From positions 125,347 to 189,346 of the forward strand of contig CAWEMJ010000007.1 in assembly GCA_963810185.1 (NCBI GenBank): 64,000 bases of DNA, given 5' to 3'. Source of the DNA: an uncultured Gemmatimonadales bacterium (GTDB lineage: Bacteria > Gemmatimonadota > Gemmatimonadetes > Gemmatimonadales > GWC2-71-9). This document shows, one piece after another, positions 1 to 8,833 of this stretch. The position numbers and the translations under genes are program-made. How positions within the stretch are numbered: position 1 is the first letter of the stretch; every line of letters begins with the position of its first letter. The notes under the pieces are model-generated. The model saw only the letters and a list, made by a program, of their open reading frames with translations. It did no database searches and was not told where the DNA came from.

Positions 1-174
1 ACCGGCGTGCCACTCGCAACCATCGTGCTCCCCGCGGCGCCAGAGGCGTTCGCCCCGGGCCGGTCGGAAATCCTGGATGTCTACGGCGACCGGCTGGCGC
101 TCCTGCGGGTAGGCGAGGAAGGAGAAGTATCGATTGAGGCGCGGAGGTTCTTCCCTGCTGAGACAACGCGCTAG
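1..174 (+). CDS. C-terminal part of a probable 6-bladed beta-propeller protein (5' truncated by the window edge)
   Basis: Frame 1 reads TGVPLATIVLP...EILDVYGDRLALLRVGEEGEVSIEARRF* to TAG at 172-174, similar to the C-termini of the neighbouring paralogs; its stop overlaps that of the convergent gene. Confidence 0.55.
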   Translation, partial: TGVPLATIVLPAAPEAFAPGRSEILDVYGDRLALLRVGEEGEVSIEARRFFPAETTR

Positions 175-1286
175 CGCACCTCCACTGATACTGCATACAC
201 AACCAGGTGCTGCTCCCCCTCCGCGTCCTCCAGCATGCCCAGCAGGTAATCAGTGCCGATCTCGTAGACTTCCACGTCTCCGGGGATGCGAAGCTCCCCG
301 AGGGTGCCGCCGGCGAGATCGAAGGCTTGGAGTCCCGTAACTCCGTCCCCGAGCGGCGACGTCACGACGAAAACCGCACCGCTGCCGTTGGCAAGGATCG
401 CGCGATACGCCGGGAGGTACTTTGGCATGGGGAAGCGCTTAAGCATGAACTCCCTCATGCTGGCGACCTGTTCCGCAGTGCCTGGCACAGTGTTGATCAA
501 ACTCGAAAGTGCCGCATCATACTCCGCCGCAGTGGTCGTCCGGCGCGCATTCCCCACATCAACCGACCGCAACATCTGGCCGGACCTGCCGTACAGTGAC
601 ACGACTCCAGTGTCGGCGGTACCCATGTAGATCCCTGCGTCGGTGACGGCAAACTGGGTGACGGCGCCCAGCGGCCAGATCTCCCCAGCCTGGACGTCGC
701 CCAGACCGCCGACCGAATCGCCATCTGCCGAGACCAGCACTGTCGTCCCGCGAACGGGCGGTGCTTCCGCGGTCGCGTTACCCACCGCCGATAGCGATGT
801 CCAAACGAGGTATTGCGCAGAGCCTGCGCAAAATCGGTCTACTGGATTGCCCGGGGGGCGATAGGACCGCAACAGCGCACCCGTGGCATCCAGTAGACTC
901 ATGCGATCATTCATGCGATCCCACACAAACAGCGTGTCCGGCGCGCACTGGCCAATACCGACGACGGAGCGAAACTCCCCCGGACCATCGCCACTCCGTC
1001 CGGACTGCCGGACGAGCCTGCCCATCGAATCGATGAACATCACCGCGTCAACACGACGATCGACCACCGCGACAATTCCGGACGACAGGCGTGTCGCGTC
1101 GGCGATGTTACCGAACACCGGAATGCCTTCGCTGTCGGCTGGGGCAATGGTTTGAATTGGGGTAGCGCTGATCGAGAGGAAGCCTGTGGCTGTCGCGCCC
1201 CCTGCGGATGGAGCGGAACGAGGTTCACCGGCGCAGGCGCAAAGGGCGAGCAGCGCGGCGGCGAGAATGGGGGAAGATCTCCACAT
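171..1286 (-). CDS. 6-bladed beta-propeller lipoprotein
   Basis: Lipobox-like LCAC, family motif GRSGDGPGEF, C-terminal 'EIGTDYLLGMLEDAEGEQHLVVY'. Confidence 0.75.
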   Translation of the reverse strand: MWRSSPILAAALLALCACAGEPRSAPSAGGATATGFLSISATPIQTIAPADSEGIPVFGNIADATRLSSGIVAVVDRRVDAVMFIDSMGRLVRQSGRSGDGPGEFRSVVGIGQCAPDTLFVWDRMNDRMSLLDATGALLRSYRPPGNPVDRFCAGSAQYLVWTSLSAVGNATAEAPPVRGTTVLVSADGDSVGGLGDVQAGEIWPLGAVTQFAVTDAGIYMGTADTGVVSLYGRSGQMLRSVDVGNARRTTTAAEYDAALSSLINTVPGTAEQVASMREFMLKRFPMPKYLPAYRAILANGSGAVFVVTSPLGDGVTGLQAFDLAGGTLGELRIPGDVEVYEIGTDYLLGMLEDAEGEQHLVVYAVSVEVR

Positions 1287-1350
1287 TCGAGTATTCTATC
1301 CCGGGATTCCGAATCCGGAAGACTCGCCAGAGGCCAAACAATCGTCCTTG

Positions 1351-1406
1351 GCGCCTCCTTGCGTCTTTGCGGTAAGAGCTTTTCACCGCAAAGGCGCGGG
1401 GAGCGC
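1351..1406. repeat. Long palindromic hairpin (TTGCGTCTTTGCGGT...ACCGCAAAGGCGC), REP-like
   Basis: Inverted arms read directly in the intergenic sequence. Confidence 0.6.
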
Positions 1407-1423
1407 GAAGAACTGCAAGAAAC

Positions 1424-1450
1424 CTGGAGCCCGGCGTTCGCCGGGGTGAC
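1424..1450. repeat. REP family C (CTGGA-CCCCGGC-N4-GCCGGGGTGAC)
   Basis: Related copies at 2791-2817, ~27232-27252 and as a doublet at 50554-50614. Confidence 0.65.
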
Positions 1451-1494
1451 GATTTGTGCACAGGTCGCTGTTCCCTGGTTTGCCGCTTCCCCGC

Positions 1495-2712
1495 CTATTG
1501 CCGCTTCACCTCATACACCACGACGACCGGCATCCCATCCCGGTCCTCCCCAATCGTCGCCACCCGGTCGGAGCCCCAGACCGTCTGATAGGAGACCCCG
1601 AAGTCCCTCGGCACCGGCACCGCGCCGAGGTACGCGCCGGTCGAGTCGAACACATCGAAGCGCGCCGCCGCACGGTTCCCGCCGTCGTCGGGCCGGACCC
1701 ACCGGTTCCGGCGGCCGTCCACCTGCAAGGACTCGAAGTAGGGCGCAGTGGTGGGAATGTCGGACAACTTGAATGCGTCCTCGACCGCCTTCCGTTCGAA
1801 CTGCTTCTCGAAGAGCCCGACCATCGAGTCGCGGATGTGGGTGCGGCGTTCGTCGCTCACCGCCACCTGCTTCGCATCCAGCGTGACCACCTGCGTGGTG
1901 TCGAGGCCGGTCACCGTCGCCAGGAAGCGGTACGCCCCGGTCCACGCCACTATGGCGCCACCGGCCGGATCCAGCGGAGTGCGTACCTCGGGAGCGAGCG
2001 GAATGGTGGTCATAAACATCCCCTGGTTCTTTCCGGTGCCGCTGGTAAGAGTCCAGTACTGCTGCTCGCTGGTGCGACTCGGCCCGGCGATCCTCATCGT
2101 GTCCACCAGGGTCCCGTCCAGCCGGTAGCGGAGGAAGTAGCTGTCGTTCGACTCGCCGAAATTCCCGGCGGGCCCCGAGGTCGGGACGTAGATCAGGGCG
2201 TCGCGACTGACCAGGATCGAGGACCAGTAGCAACAGCTGGAGGGCCAGCTCCGGATGAAGACCCCGGACGAATCGAAGACGCTCGTGCGACTCGCACTCG
2301 GATCATGCAACGCGAGCACCCCCGGTGCGGCCGCAATGAACGCCACCTTGAATTCTCCGGGCCCACCACCCTCCCGCCCGAAGCTCCGGATGTACCCGCC
2401 GTCCGGCCCAAACTGCTTGATGACGGCCGGCTTCTGGTCGGCCACGTAGATCCCACCCGCGGCGTCGAGCGCCACGCTCTGCGGATCGACCAACTCCTCC
2501 GCGCCCAGCCCCTCGGCGTCAGCTCCACCCACCCGGTAGAGCTCCACCAGCTTCCAGCCGGTAGTGTCGGCCCACCCGCTCGGGCCGCTGTTCCTCACTT
2601 CGACGACGCCATTGGGGAGCGTCGTGACGACAGGAACGGCCAGTTGGGGGCCGCGGTCGCCGCAGGCAAGCAACATCGATGATGAAACGCTGACGACTAG
2701 GCACCAACGCAT
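1495..2712 (-). CDS. 6-bladed beta-propeller lipoprotein (NHL-like)
   Basis: Start moved to the ATG at 2712; lipobox LLAC; PQSVALDAAGGIYVAD; FGREGGGPGEF. Confidence 0.75.
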   Translation of the reverse strand: MRWCLVVSVSSSMLLACGDRGPQLAVPVVTTLPNGVVEVRNSGPSGWADTTGWKLVELYRVGGADAEGLGAEELVDPQSVALDAAGGIYVADQKPAVIKQFGPDGGYIRSFGREGGGPGEFKVAFIAAAPGVLALHDPSASRTSVFDSSGVFIRSWPSSCCYWSSILVSRDALIYVPTSGPAGNFGESNDSYFLRYRLDGTLVDTMRIAGPSRTSEQQYWTLTSGTGKNQGMFMTTIPLAPEVRTPLDPAGGAIVAWTGAYRFLATVTGLDTTQVVTLDAKQVAVSDERRTHIRDSMVGLFEKQFERKAVEDAFKLSDIPTTAPYFESLQVDGRRNRWVRPDDGGNRAAARFDVFDSTGAYLGAVPVPRDFGVSYQTVWGSDRVATIGEDRDGMPVVVVYEVKRQ

Positions 2713-2744
2713 GGGGCTCCCGGGCCTGAGATGTTTGCGCTCGT

Positions 2745-2785
2745 CCCCCCTCTCCATCGTATGGAGAGGGGGACAGGGGGTGAGG
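2745..2785. repeat. REP family A (CCCCCTCTCC-N6-8-GGAGAGGGGGACAGGGGGTGAGG)
   Basis: Seven copies: 2745-2785, 7021-7061, 16282-16321 (inverted), 17460-17498, 17778-17818, 41783-41823, 58667-58705. Confidence 0.85.
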
Positions 2786-2831
2786 TCAAGCTGGACCCCG
2801 GCTTTCGCCGGGGTGACTGCCTTAGGGTCGA

Positions 2832-4025
2832 CTACAACCGATATCGCTCCAGGTACTCCAGGTCGTCCTTGTCCCGCCGGACAAGGTACACGACCCCTTT
2901 TCCGAACGCGACGAGCCGCGTTCTGGCCGGCAGCCGAACCTGCTTCACCAACTTTCCGGACGCATCGAACACGTAGTAGAGCGGCAGCGGATCGCTCGCC
3001 GGTGTGGAGCGGAGTTCCCAGAGTTCACCGGTCGGCGCGATGCGGACCGCATTGCCGGGAAACGGCGGCTTGGTGGCCGGCCACTGGATCGATGGATCGA
3101 TCGGTTGCGGCGTCATCTGCGCCGGGCTCACGGTCATCTTGCCGTTGTCGTTGTTGACCATGATGCTGCCACGTGCCGCCTGCTCCTGCCAGGCTTTCTT
3201 GTCCGCGTCGGTCACCTTGACCGGCGTGTAGGGCACCGTCGGCCCCGTCACCCGTTTGCCGTCGGCCAGCCACCATTGCACCTCGTCACCGGCAACGCGG
3301 GCAACCCCGATGCGCCCGTCCTGCGCCACGCCCCAGGCATCCTCCGGCGCCATTGGCACTGGGCGAATGTTGACCGAGCGGCTGTTGGCGCTCCCGCTTG
3401 CCTGGACGGTGGGCTTCGGTACCATCACCACGCCGAGGGTGTCGAACTGCTTGGTGCCGCGGTCATAGCGCACCACGCGCCCGGAATCCGAGAACTCCGG
3501 CGGCCCACCATCCATCCCGCCGCCGCGCCGTTCCCCGCGCGTGGAGTAGTAGAGGCGACCCTTGTCGTCGGCGCCGTTGGCGGCACGGAGGATCATCATC
3601 CCGCCACCGCCGCTGCCCTCGTCCATTCGAAAGGTGCTGACCGGCTTGCCCGTGGGATCGAGCAGGAGATAGCGCTGGTTGCCCATGTCATACACGACCG
3701 TGCTGTCGCCGGGAAAGGCGTAGACGCCGGTGGGGAAGAGGTACTCGGTCGGCCCGCTCCCCTCACGGGACAGCGCCGTGGCGGCGCCGGTCTTCAGGTT
3801 GATCTTCTGCAGGGTCCGGTCCCGCATGTCCGCCACGATCACGTCCCCGTTCTTCAGCTCGCGGAGCCCAACCACCTGGGTGAAGGGGTCCGAAAACGTG
3901 GCTTCGGGCTCGGAAAGCGTCTGGGTCGGGGTCTTCCCCTGCTGGGCGGCCAAAGTGAACGGGGCAAGCGCTGAGATAACGACGAGGAGGAACAGGGGGG
4001 CGCGCAAGCAAAGGCGTCGGGGCAC
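2832..4025 (-). CDS. Secreted 6-bladed beta-propeller protein
   Basis: Signal peptide, SREGSGPTEY motif, C-terminal 'FGKGVVYLVRRDKDDLEYLERY'. Confidence 0.75.
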   Translation of the reverse strand: MPRRLCLRAPLFLLVVISALAPFTLAAQQGKTPTQTLSEPEATFSDPFTQVVGLRELKNGDVIVADMRDRTLQKINLKTGAATALSREGSGPTEYLFPTGVYAFPGDSTVVYDMGNQRYLLLDPTGKPVSTFRMDEGSGGGGMMILRAANGADDKGRLYYSTRGERRGGGMDGGPPEFSDSGRVVRYDRGTKQFDTLGVVMVPKPTVQASGSANSRSVNIRPVPMAPEDAWGVAQDGRIGVARVAGDEVQWWLADGKRVTGPTVPYTPVKVTDADKKAWQEQAARGSIMVNNDNGKMTVSPAQMTPQPIDPSIQWPATKPPFPGNAVRIAPTGELWELRSTPASDPLPLYYVFDASGKLVKQVRLPARTRLVAFGKGVVYLVRRDKDDLEYLERYRL

Positions 4026-4109
4026 GGCGGAACCTCAGATAGGGTGGATTCAGAGAGGGAGGATGCGCGGGGAACCGGGCGGGTCGCAAGAGGCAGGGGC
4101 CTTGAGGCC

Positions 4110-4380
4110 GTGGGGCCGTATGGCCACGCCTATCGACAGGAACGCAATTTCGTGTGGGTGGGAGCGGCGTCCAGCCTGATGCAACGAAGTTGCGTCTGGT
4201 TGCGCCAGGGGTGGGCATGCGCCCACCCCGAGGGGGAGACGGTGCCTGGACGGGGTGGCCGTATGGCCACCCCTATCGGCAAGAACGCAATTTCATGTGG
4301 GTGGGAACGGCGAAAGGCCTGAACGAACGAGGTTGCGCCTGGTTGCGGCAGGGGTGGGCATGCGCCCACCCCGGGGGGAT
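4110..4380. repeat. Imperfect tandem duplication with a period of about 143 bp; each unit carries GGGGTGGGC-N-GCCCACCCC palindromes
   Basis: GGCCGTATGGCCAC..CTATCG..GAACGCAATTTC.TGTGGGTGGGA..GGCG occurs at 4114 and 4257; the same palindrome type occurs at 40970-40992 and 41076-41097. Confidence 0.85.
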
Positions 4381-4384
4381 GCTG

Positions 4385-4618
4385 CTACTGCGCTGCCAGC
4401 CGGGTATCCGTCATCCAGCGGCGCCGGAGCGGAGACTCCCGCTGCAGAAAGACCGTCTCGGCGCCGACCCCGCTGATCCGCTCGGCCGCCGGGAGTACAA
4501 TCCGACCGACTGAGGTCCCGGCGTCATCCACCAATCGAAAGGTAGGAATCGGGCTGTCTGTGGCGAGCATGACCATCGGGTCCTCCTTTCCAAGTTCACT
4601 TCCTTTGATGCCCTCCAC
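4385..4618 (-). pseudogene. Remnant C-terminus of a beta-propeller gene
   Basis: FRLVDDAGTSVGRIVLPAAERISGVGAETVFLQR resembles the paralog C-termini; no N-terminal part; flanked by repeats. Confidence 0.45.
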
Positions 4619-4652
4619 CCGGAAATGGTTGCAAAACGTGACTTGCTACCCG

Positions 4653-4692
4653 CTTCTGTCATTGCGAGGCCGCGTAGCGGCCGAAGCAATCT
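4653..4692. repeat. REP family B (GTCATTGCGAG-GCCGCGTAGCGGCC-GAAGCAATCT)
   Basis: 40 bp identical to 6918-6957; an inverted partner arm lies at 6970-7012. Confidence 0.85.
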
Positions 4693-4727
4693 GGGCAGTT
4701 TGTGCGCCAATTCCTTAGATTCCCGGC

Positions 4728-5798
4728 ATGCGGATTCCCTGCAGCGCCCGGTTCGCCCTCCTCGGCACCCTTCTCGCGGTCACTGGCTGCGGCAGCCGCG
4801 ACGCGCCCCCGCCCGACATTGCGCTCAGCCCCGCGCCTGACACCATCCAGACCACGCTCTTCGAGGCCACCGCCGGCGCCTGGCTGGGCGGCGACCGGTG
4901 GGCCATCCTCTCCCCGATCAATCAGCGGGTCGTCGTCCTCGATTTTGCCGACCGCTCGATGACGGACCTCGGCCAGGGGATGAAGCAGCCGTTCGACGGT
5001 CCGTTTTCCCTGTTCACCATGGGCGACGGCCTCTACGTGGGCGACTGGGCCCTCCGCAGGCTCACCGTCTGGAACCTCGAGGGGAAGTACGAGGCGGTGG
5101 TGCGAACCCCGGACATCACCAGGGGCACCCTGCCCCGCGCCCGTGACGGCCAGGGCAACTGGTATGTCCAGTTCAACCCGGCTCCCGGCCCCGACGGGAG
5201 CGGCAAGCGCGACTCCGCGGTGGTCGTGCGCTTTCCGCTCGATTTTTCGCGGGGCGACACGGTCCTCCGACTCTCCCCGCTCGACCTGGCCGAGGTGAAC
5301 GGCGACGCCGGCCGCCGGTTCGAACGCCGGGTCTTCAGCGGTGAAGACGATTGGGGAGTATCGGCGGACGGCAGTCTCTGGGTGGCGCGGGTCTATCCCA
5401 ACCGGGTGGACTGGATCAGCCCGGATGGCAAGGTGAAGAAAGGCCAGACGCTGCCCGACCGGGTGTTCACCATCACGATTTCCGATCGCGAAGCGTTTCT
5501 TCGGAAGTTCCCGCCGGAACTCCGTTCCGCCGCGGAGAAGGTCCCCTTCAGCCCGGTCAAGCCGCCGTTCGATGCCGCTTTTTCCGGCGGCGACGGCAAC
5601 GTCTGGCTGGAAAAGAGCCGCGTCATCCCCGACACGGTGCGCCGCTACCAAGTGGTCGGGCGGGATGGGCGGCTGAAGCAGTCGATTTCCTTCAACGGCT
5701 ACGGCTACGCCCTGGCGGCGAGCCCGGACGCGGTGCTGGTCAAGGAAGTCCAACCCCAGGGCATGCGCTTCCTGCGATACAAGCGTCCGCCCTCTTAG
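4728..5798 (+). CDS. Beta-propeller lipoprotein
   Basis: Lipobox VTGC; DDWGVSADGSLWVAR and KPPF...GDGNVWLE are shared with 2832-4025. Confidence 0.75.
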   Translation: MRIPCSARFALLGTLLAVTGCGSRDAPPPDIALSPAPDTIQTTLFEATAGAWLGGDRWAILSPINQRVVVLDFADRSMTDLGQGMKQPFDGPFSLFTMGDGLYVGDWALRRLTVWNLEGKYEAVVRTPDITRGTLPRARDGQGNWYVQFNPAPGPDGSGKRDSAVVVRFPLDFSRGDTVLRLSPLDLAEVNGDAGRRFERRVFSGEDDWGVSADGSLWVARVYPNRVDWISPDGKVKKGQTLPDRVFTITISDREAFLRKFPPELRSAAEKVPFSPVKPPFDAAFSGGDGNVWLEKSRVIPDTVRRYQVVGRDGRLKQSISFNGYGYALAASPDAVLVKEVQPQGMRFLRYKRPPS

Positions 5799-5828
5799 AT
5801 TGCCTGTCGACCCTGATACGGAGGTAGC

Positions 5829-6005
5829 ATGTCGAAGAAGGAAGACCAGCGGATCGCCCGGCTGGCCGAGAAGAACGCCGCCAAGATCAAGCCCCCGGTG
5901 GCGGAGCGGGCGGCCCAGTATGACTCCACCCTCCGGCAGAAGCCCGAGGAGATGGACTCCGAGACCCGGCGACTCTTCAAGGAAATGAAGAAGCGGGAGT
6001 TCTAG
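5829..6005 (+). CDS. Small charged hypothetical protein (58 aa, absent from the ORF track)
   Basis: GGAGGT RBS; MSKKEDQRIARLAEKNAAKIKPPVAERAAQYDSTLRQKPEEMDSETRRLFKEMKKREF; GC3-rich codons; next ATG directly follows the stop. Confidence 0.7.
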   Translation: MSKKEDQRIARLAEKNAAKIKPPVAERAAQYDSTLRQKPEEMDSETRRLFKEMKKREF

Positions 6006-6372
6006 ATGGCCTTCGTCCCTATGGTGCCACCCCAGCGTCCAGCCTCGGCGCGGGCGCAGGACCTCGGCCGTCGACTGAAGGCGGAGGTCGAAAAGTTCGA
6101 GGCCCAGTACCCCGGCACCAGCCGCGAGGACCTCCGTGCCGCCGCCGCGCTCGCCATCGGCGAGGAGTCGGTCACAGTGCCGCCCCGCCGGAAGGCAGCC
6201 GCGGTGATCGCGTCGCTGATCATCAGCATGGGACTCCTGAGCCTGCTGATGGAGTTCGCGACGCGAAAGGAATCGGGCTCGGCCGGGGCGCCATGGTCCA
6301 TCATGGCCGTGGCCATCGTGATCGTCTGTGTAGGGCGTGGTGGCGGCGGTCATCCGCCGCACGAGGCAGTAG
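6006..6372 (+). CDS. Hypothetical 2-TM membrane protein (probable +1 indel near 6333)
   Basis: Two hydrophobic segments; removing one G gives the ending VGVVAAVIRRTRQ*. Confidence 0.55.
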
Positions 6373-6448
6373 CCGCCCACACCACCCGGCGCTGGCGCAC
6401 CCGGGGTTCGAGCCGTAGTATGGGGCATCCCCACACAGGAGCGCGCCG

Positions 6449-6883
6449 ATGGCCACCGTCCGCGACCTGCTCGCTCGCAAGAGCGGCGAAGTCATCTCGA
6501 TCGCCCCCTCCGATACCGTCCTCACCGCCGCGCAGGTCATGAACCAGCACGGCATCGGCGGTCTCGTCGTCCTCGACGACGGGGCACTGATCGGCGTCTT
6601 TACCGAGCGGGATATCCTGCGGCGGGTGGTGGTGGCGGGGCGCAGTCCGGCGGACACGCCGGTGCGTGCCGTGATGACGGCTCCCGTCATCACCTGTCTC
6701 CCCGAGACCAGCGTCGAGGAGTGCGCGGCCATCCTGAGCGGGAAGCGCATCCGGCACCTGCCGGTCACCGATGCGCGCGGCCTGGTCGGGCTCGTCACCA
6801 GCGGCGACCTGCTGGCCTTCCAGGTGGCGGAGCAGACCGCCACCATCCAGTACCTCAACAGCTACATGTTCGACGTCAGGTAG
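6449..6883 (+). CDS. CBS domain protein
   Basis: GVFTERDILRR, IRHLPV, GLVTSGDL; RBS AGGAG. Confidence 0.9.
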   Translation: MATVRDLLARKSGEVISIAPSDTVLTAAQVMNQHGIGGLVVLDDGALIGVFTERDILRRVVVAGRSPADTPVRAVMTAPVITCLPETSVEECAAILSGKRIRHLPVTDARGLVGLVTSGDLLAFQVAEQTATIQYLNSYMFDVR

Positions 6884-6917
6884 GCAGCGGGGCAGCGGGG
6901 CAGCGGGACCGCAGCTA

Positions 6918-7061
6918 CTTCTGTCATTGCGAGGCCGCGTAGCGGCCGAAGCAATCTCGGTCCGGTACGAGATTGCTTCGTCAGCCCCTGCCGGGGCCTC
7001 CTCGCAATGACAAAACAGTTCCCCCTCTCCGCTTGCCGGAGAGGGGGTTAGGGGGGTGAGG
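6918..7061. repeat. Composite intergenic repeat cluster (family B doublet plus family A)
   Basis: GTCATTGCGAG...GCAATCT / GATTGCTTCG...CTCGCAATGAC followed by a family A copy, between convergent genes. Confidence 0.8.
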
Positions 7062-7094
7062 TCGATCGCAACAGGGGGCGGGGTGAGGGGTGGG

Positions 7095-7799
7095 CTAGAC
7101 TTGCGGCGGTTTGGGGTCCGTCGACCGGGTGCGTTCGGTCCGCCGCCGCCGCCCCTCCTCGTACCACCGGCGGGTGATCTCGCCCGCCAGCGTCGTATTC
7201 CCGATCCCGAAGGCGAGGCCGGTGGCCAGCGCCACCGCGCCGAGGATGAGCGTGAAGGCCGTCGTCACGATATCCTCGGCGACGCCCACCTGCTGCACCG
7301 CCATGAACACCGCAATCATCACCACGACGCCCTTCGACACCCGGGCCAGTGTGGGCACCCCCTCGACCCCGCCCGCCGACGCGACGATCAACCCGCGAAC
7401 GAATTCCCCGACGACGATGCCCAGGATGACGATGACAATGGCGCTGATCAGCGTCGGGATGAAGCCGAGCATGAGGCCGAACATCTCGTTGATGCTCTCG
7501 AGCCCGAGCGCCGTGCTGGACAGCAGGATGACGACCAGCATCACCAGCCAGAACGCGAGCTTGCCCACCGCGTGCACCGGATCGAGCGACGGCTCCGCCC
7601 GCTCCAGTCCGTCCGCGAGTCCGCCCTCCTTCGCGACGCGGTTGAAGTCGAGCTTGGCCAGCGTCCGGTCCACCCATTTCTCGATCTGCCGGGCCAGGAA
7701 GTAGCCGGCCAGGAGGAGTACGAGGGCCCCGACGATGGCCGGCAGGAAGAAGCTGAGCTGCTCCATGCCGTACGAGAGCCGCTCCCAGAGTTCGCTCAT
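7095..7799 (-). CDS. Conserved TM-helix protein (CmpX / small mechanosensitive channel-associated)
   Basis: FLPAIVGALVLLLAGY and FIPTLISAIVIVILG repeats, LAFGIG; ATG at 7799 overlaps the upstream stop. Confidence 0.8.
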   Translation of the reverse strand: MSELWERLSYGMEQLSFFLPAIVGALVLLLAGYFLARQIEKWVDRTLAKLDFNRVAKEGGLADGLERAEPSLDPVHAVGKLAFWLVMLVVILLSSTALGLESINEMFGLMLGFIPTLISAIVIVILGIVVGEFVRGLIVASAGGVEGVPTLARVSKGVVVMIAVFMAVQQVGVAEDIVTTAFTLILGAVALATGLAFGIGNTTLAGEITRRWYEEGRRRRTERTRSTDPKPPQV

Positions 7800-8833
7800 G
7801 GTGCCACCTCGATCACGAGTTTGCCGAACTGTGCGCCATCGGCCATGCGGCGGAAGGCGTTTGCCCCCTCCGACAGCGGGACCACCGAATCCACCACCGG
7901 CCAGAGCCGCCCCTCGGCGGCGTGCCGGGCCACTTCCTGGTACTCGCGGTCCCCGCCCATGGTGCTGCCCATCAGGTTCCACTGGTACCAGAACAACTTC
8001 CGCACATCGGTCGTCACCATCGGCCCGGTGGTGCCGCCGCAGGTCACCAGCCGGCCACCCCGGCCGAGCGCACGCAGTGACTTCTCCCAGGTGGCCTCGC
8101 CGACGTTGTCGATCACCACGTCGGCGTTGCGGCCGTCGGTCAGGGCGCGGACCGCCTTGGGCACATCCTCACGGGCGTGATTGAGCAGGTGGTCGGCCCC
8201 GAGCGCGCGGGCGCGCTCCAGCTTGGCGTCGGAGGAACTGGTGACGATGGCCGTGGCGCCGAGCAGCTTGGCGATCTGCAGGCAGGACTGCGCCACCCCG
8301 CCACCGATGCCCCAGATGAGCACCGTCTCGCCGGCGAGAACGCGGGCGCGCCCCGTCATCATTCGCCACGAGGTGAGCGCCGCAAGTGAAAACCCGGCGG
8401 CCTGATCCCACGGCATGGCGTCCGGCACCCGCGCGAGGTTGCTGGCGGGGACCACCACGTATTCGCCGACGGTGCCGGGGACGTGCTCGCCGAGCAGGGC
8501 ATAGCGGCGGCAGAGCGGCTGCTGGTCGGCGGCGCACAGATCGCACGCATTGCAGCCAATGCCGGGATTCATCATGACCCGATCGCCGACCGACCACCCC
8601 GTCACCCCGGATCCCACCGACTCGATGACGCCCGCCGCGTCGCTGCCGACGATATGCGGAAAGGTGTAGCTGATACCGGGGAGGCCGCCGAGGATGAAGA
8701 GGTCGAGGTGGTTGATGCCGGCGGTGTGGACCCGTACCCGCACGTCCTGGGGACGGCGGATTTCGGGAGCGGGCACCTCGGCGACGGTCAGGTCCTCCCA
8801 TCCGCCGAGCTTCGGCAGGACGAGCGCTCTCAC
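7796..8833 (-). CDS. Zinc-binding alcohol dehydrogenase family (MDR) protein
   Basis: GINHLD, GSDAAG, structural Zn CNACDLC...C, GIGGGVA. Confidence 0.9.
   Translation of the reverse strand: MRALVLPKLGGWEDLTVAEVPAPEIRRPQDVRVRVHTAGINHLDLFILGGLPGISYTFPHIVGSDAAGVIESVGSGVTGWSVGDRVMMNPGIGCNACDLCAADQQPLCRRYALLGEHVPGTVGEYVVVPASNLARVPDAMPWDQAAGFSLAALTSWRMMTGRARVLAGETVLIWGIGGGVAQSCLQIAKLLGATAIVTSSSDAKLERARALGADHLLNHAREDVPKAVRALTDGRNADVVIDNVGEATWEKSLRALGRGGRLVTCGGTTGPMVTTDVRKLFWYQWNLMGSTMGGDREYQEVARHAAEGRLWPVVDSVVPLSEGANAFRRMADGAQFGKLVIEVAP

Noticed and set aside
4110-4380. Possible CRISPR array
   Set aside because: Only two units, the 'spacers' are near-identical, the period is 143 bp and there are no cas genes
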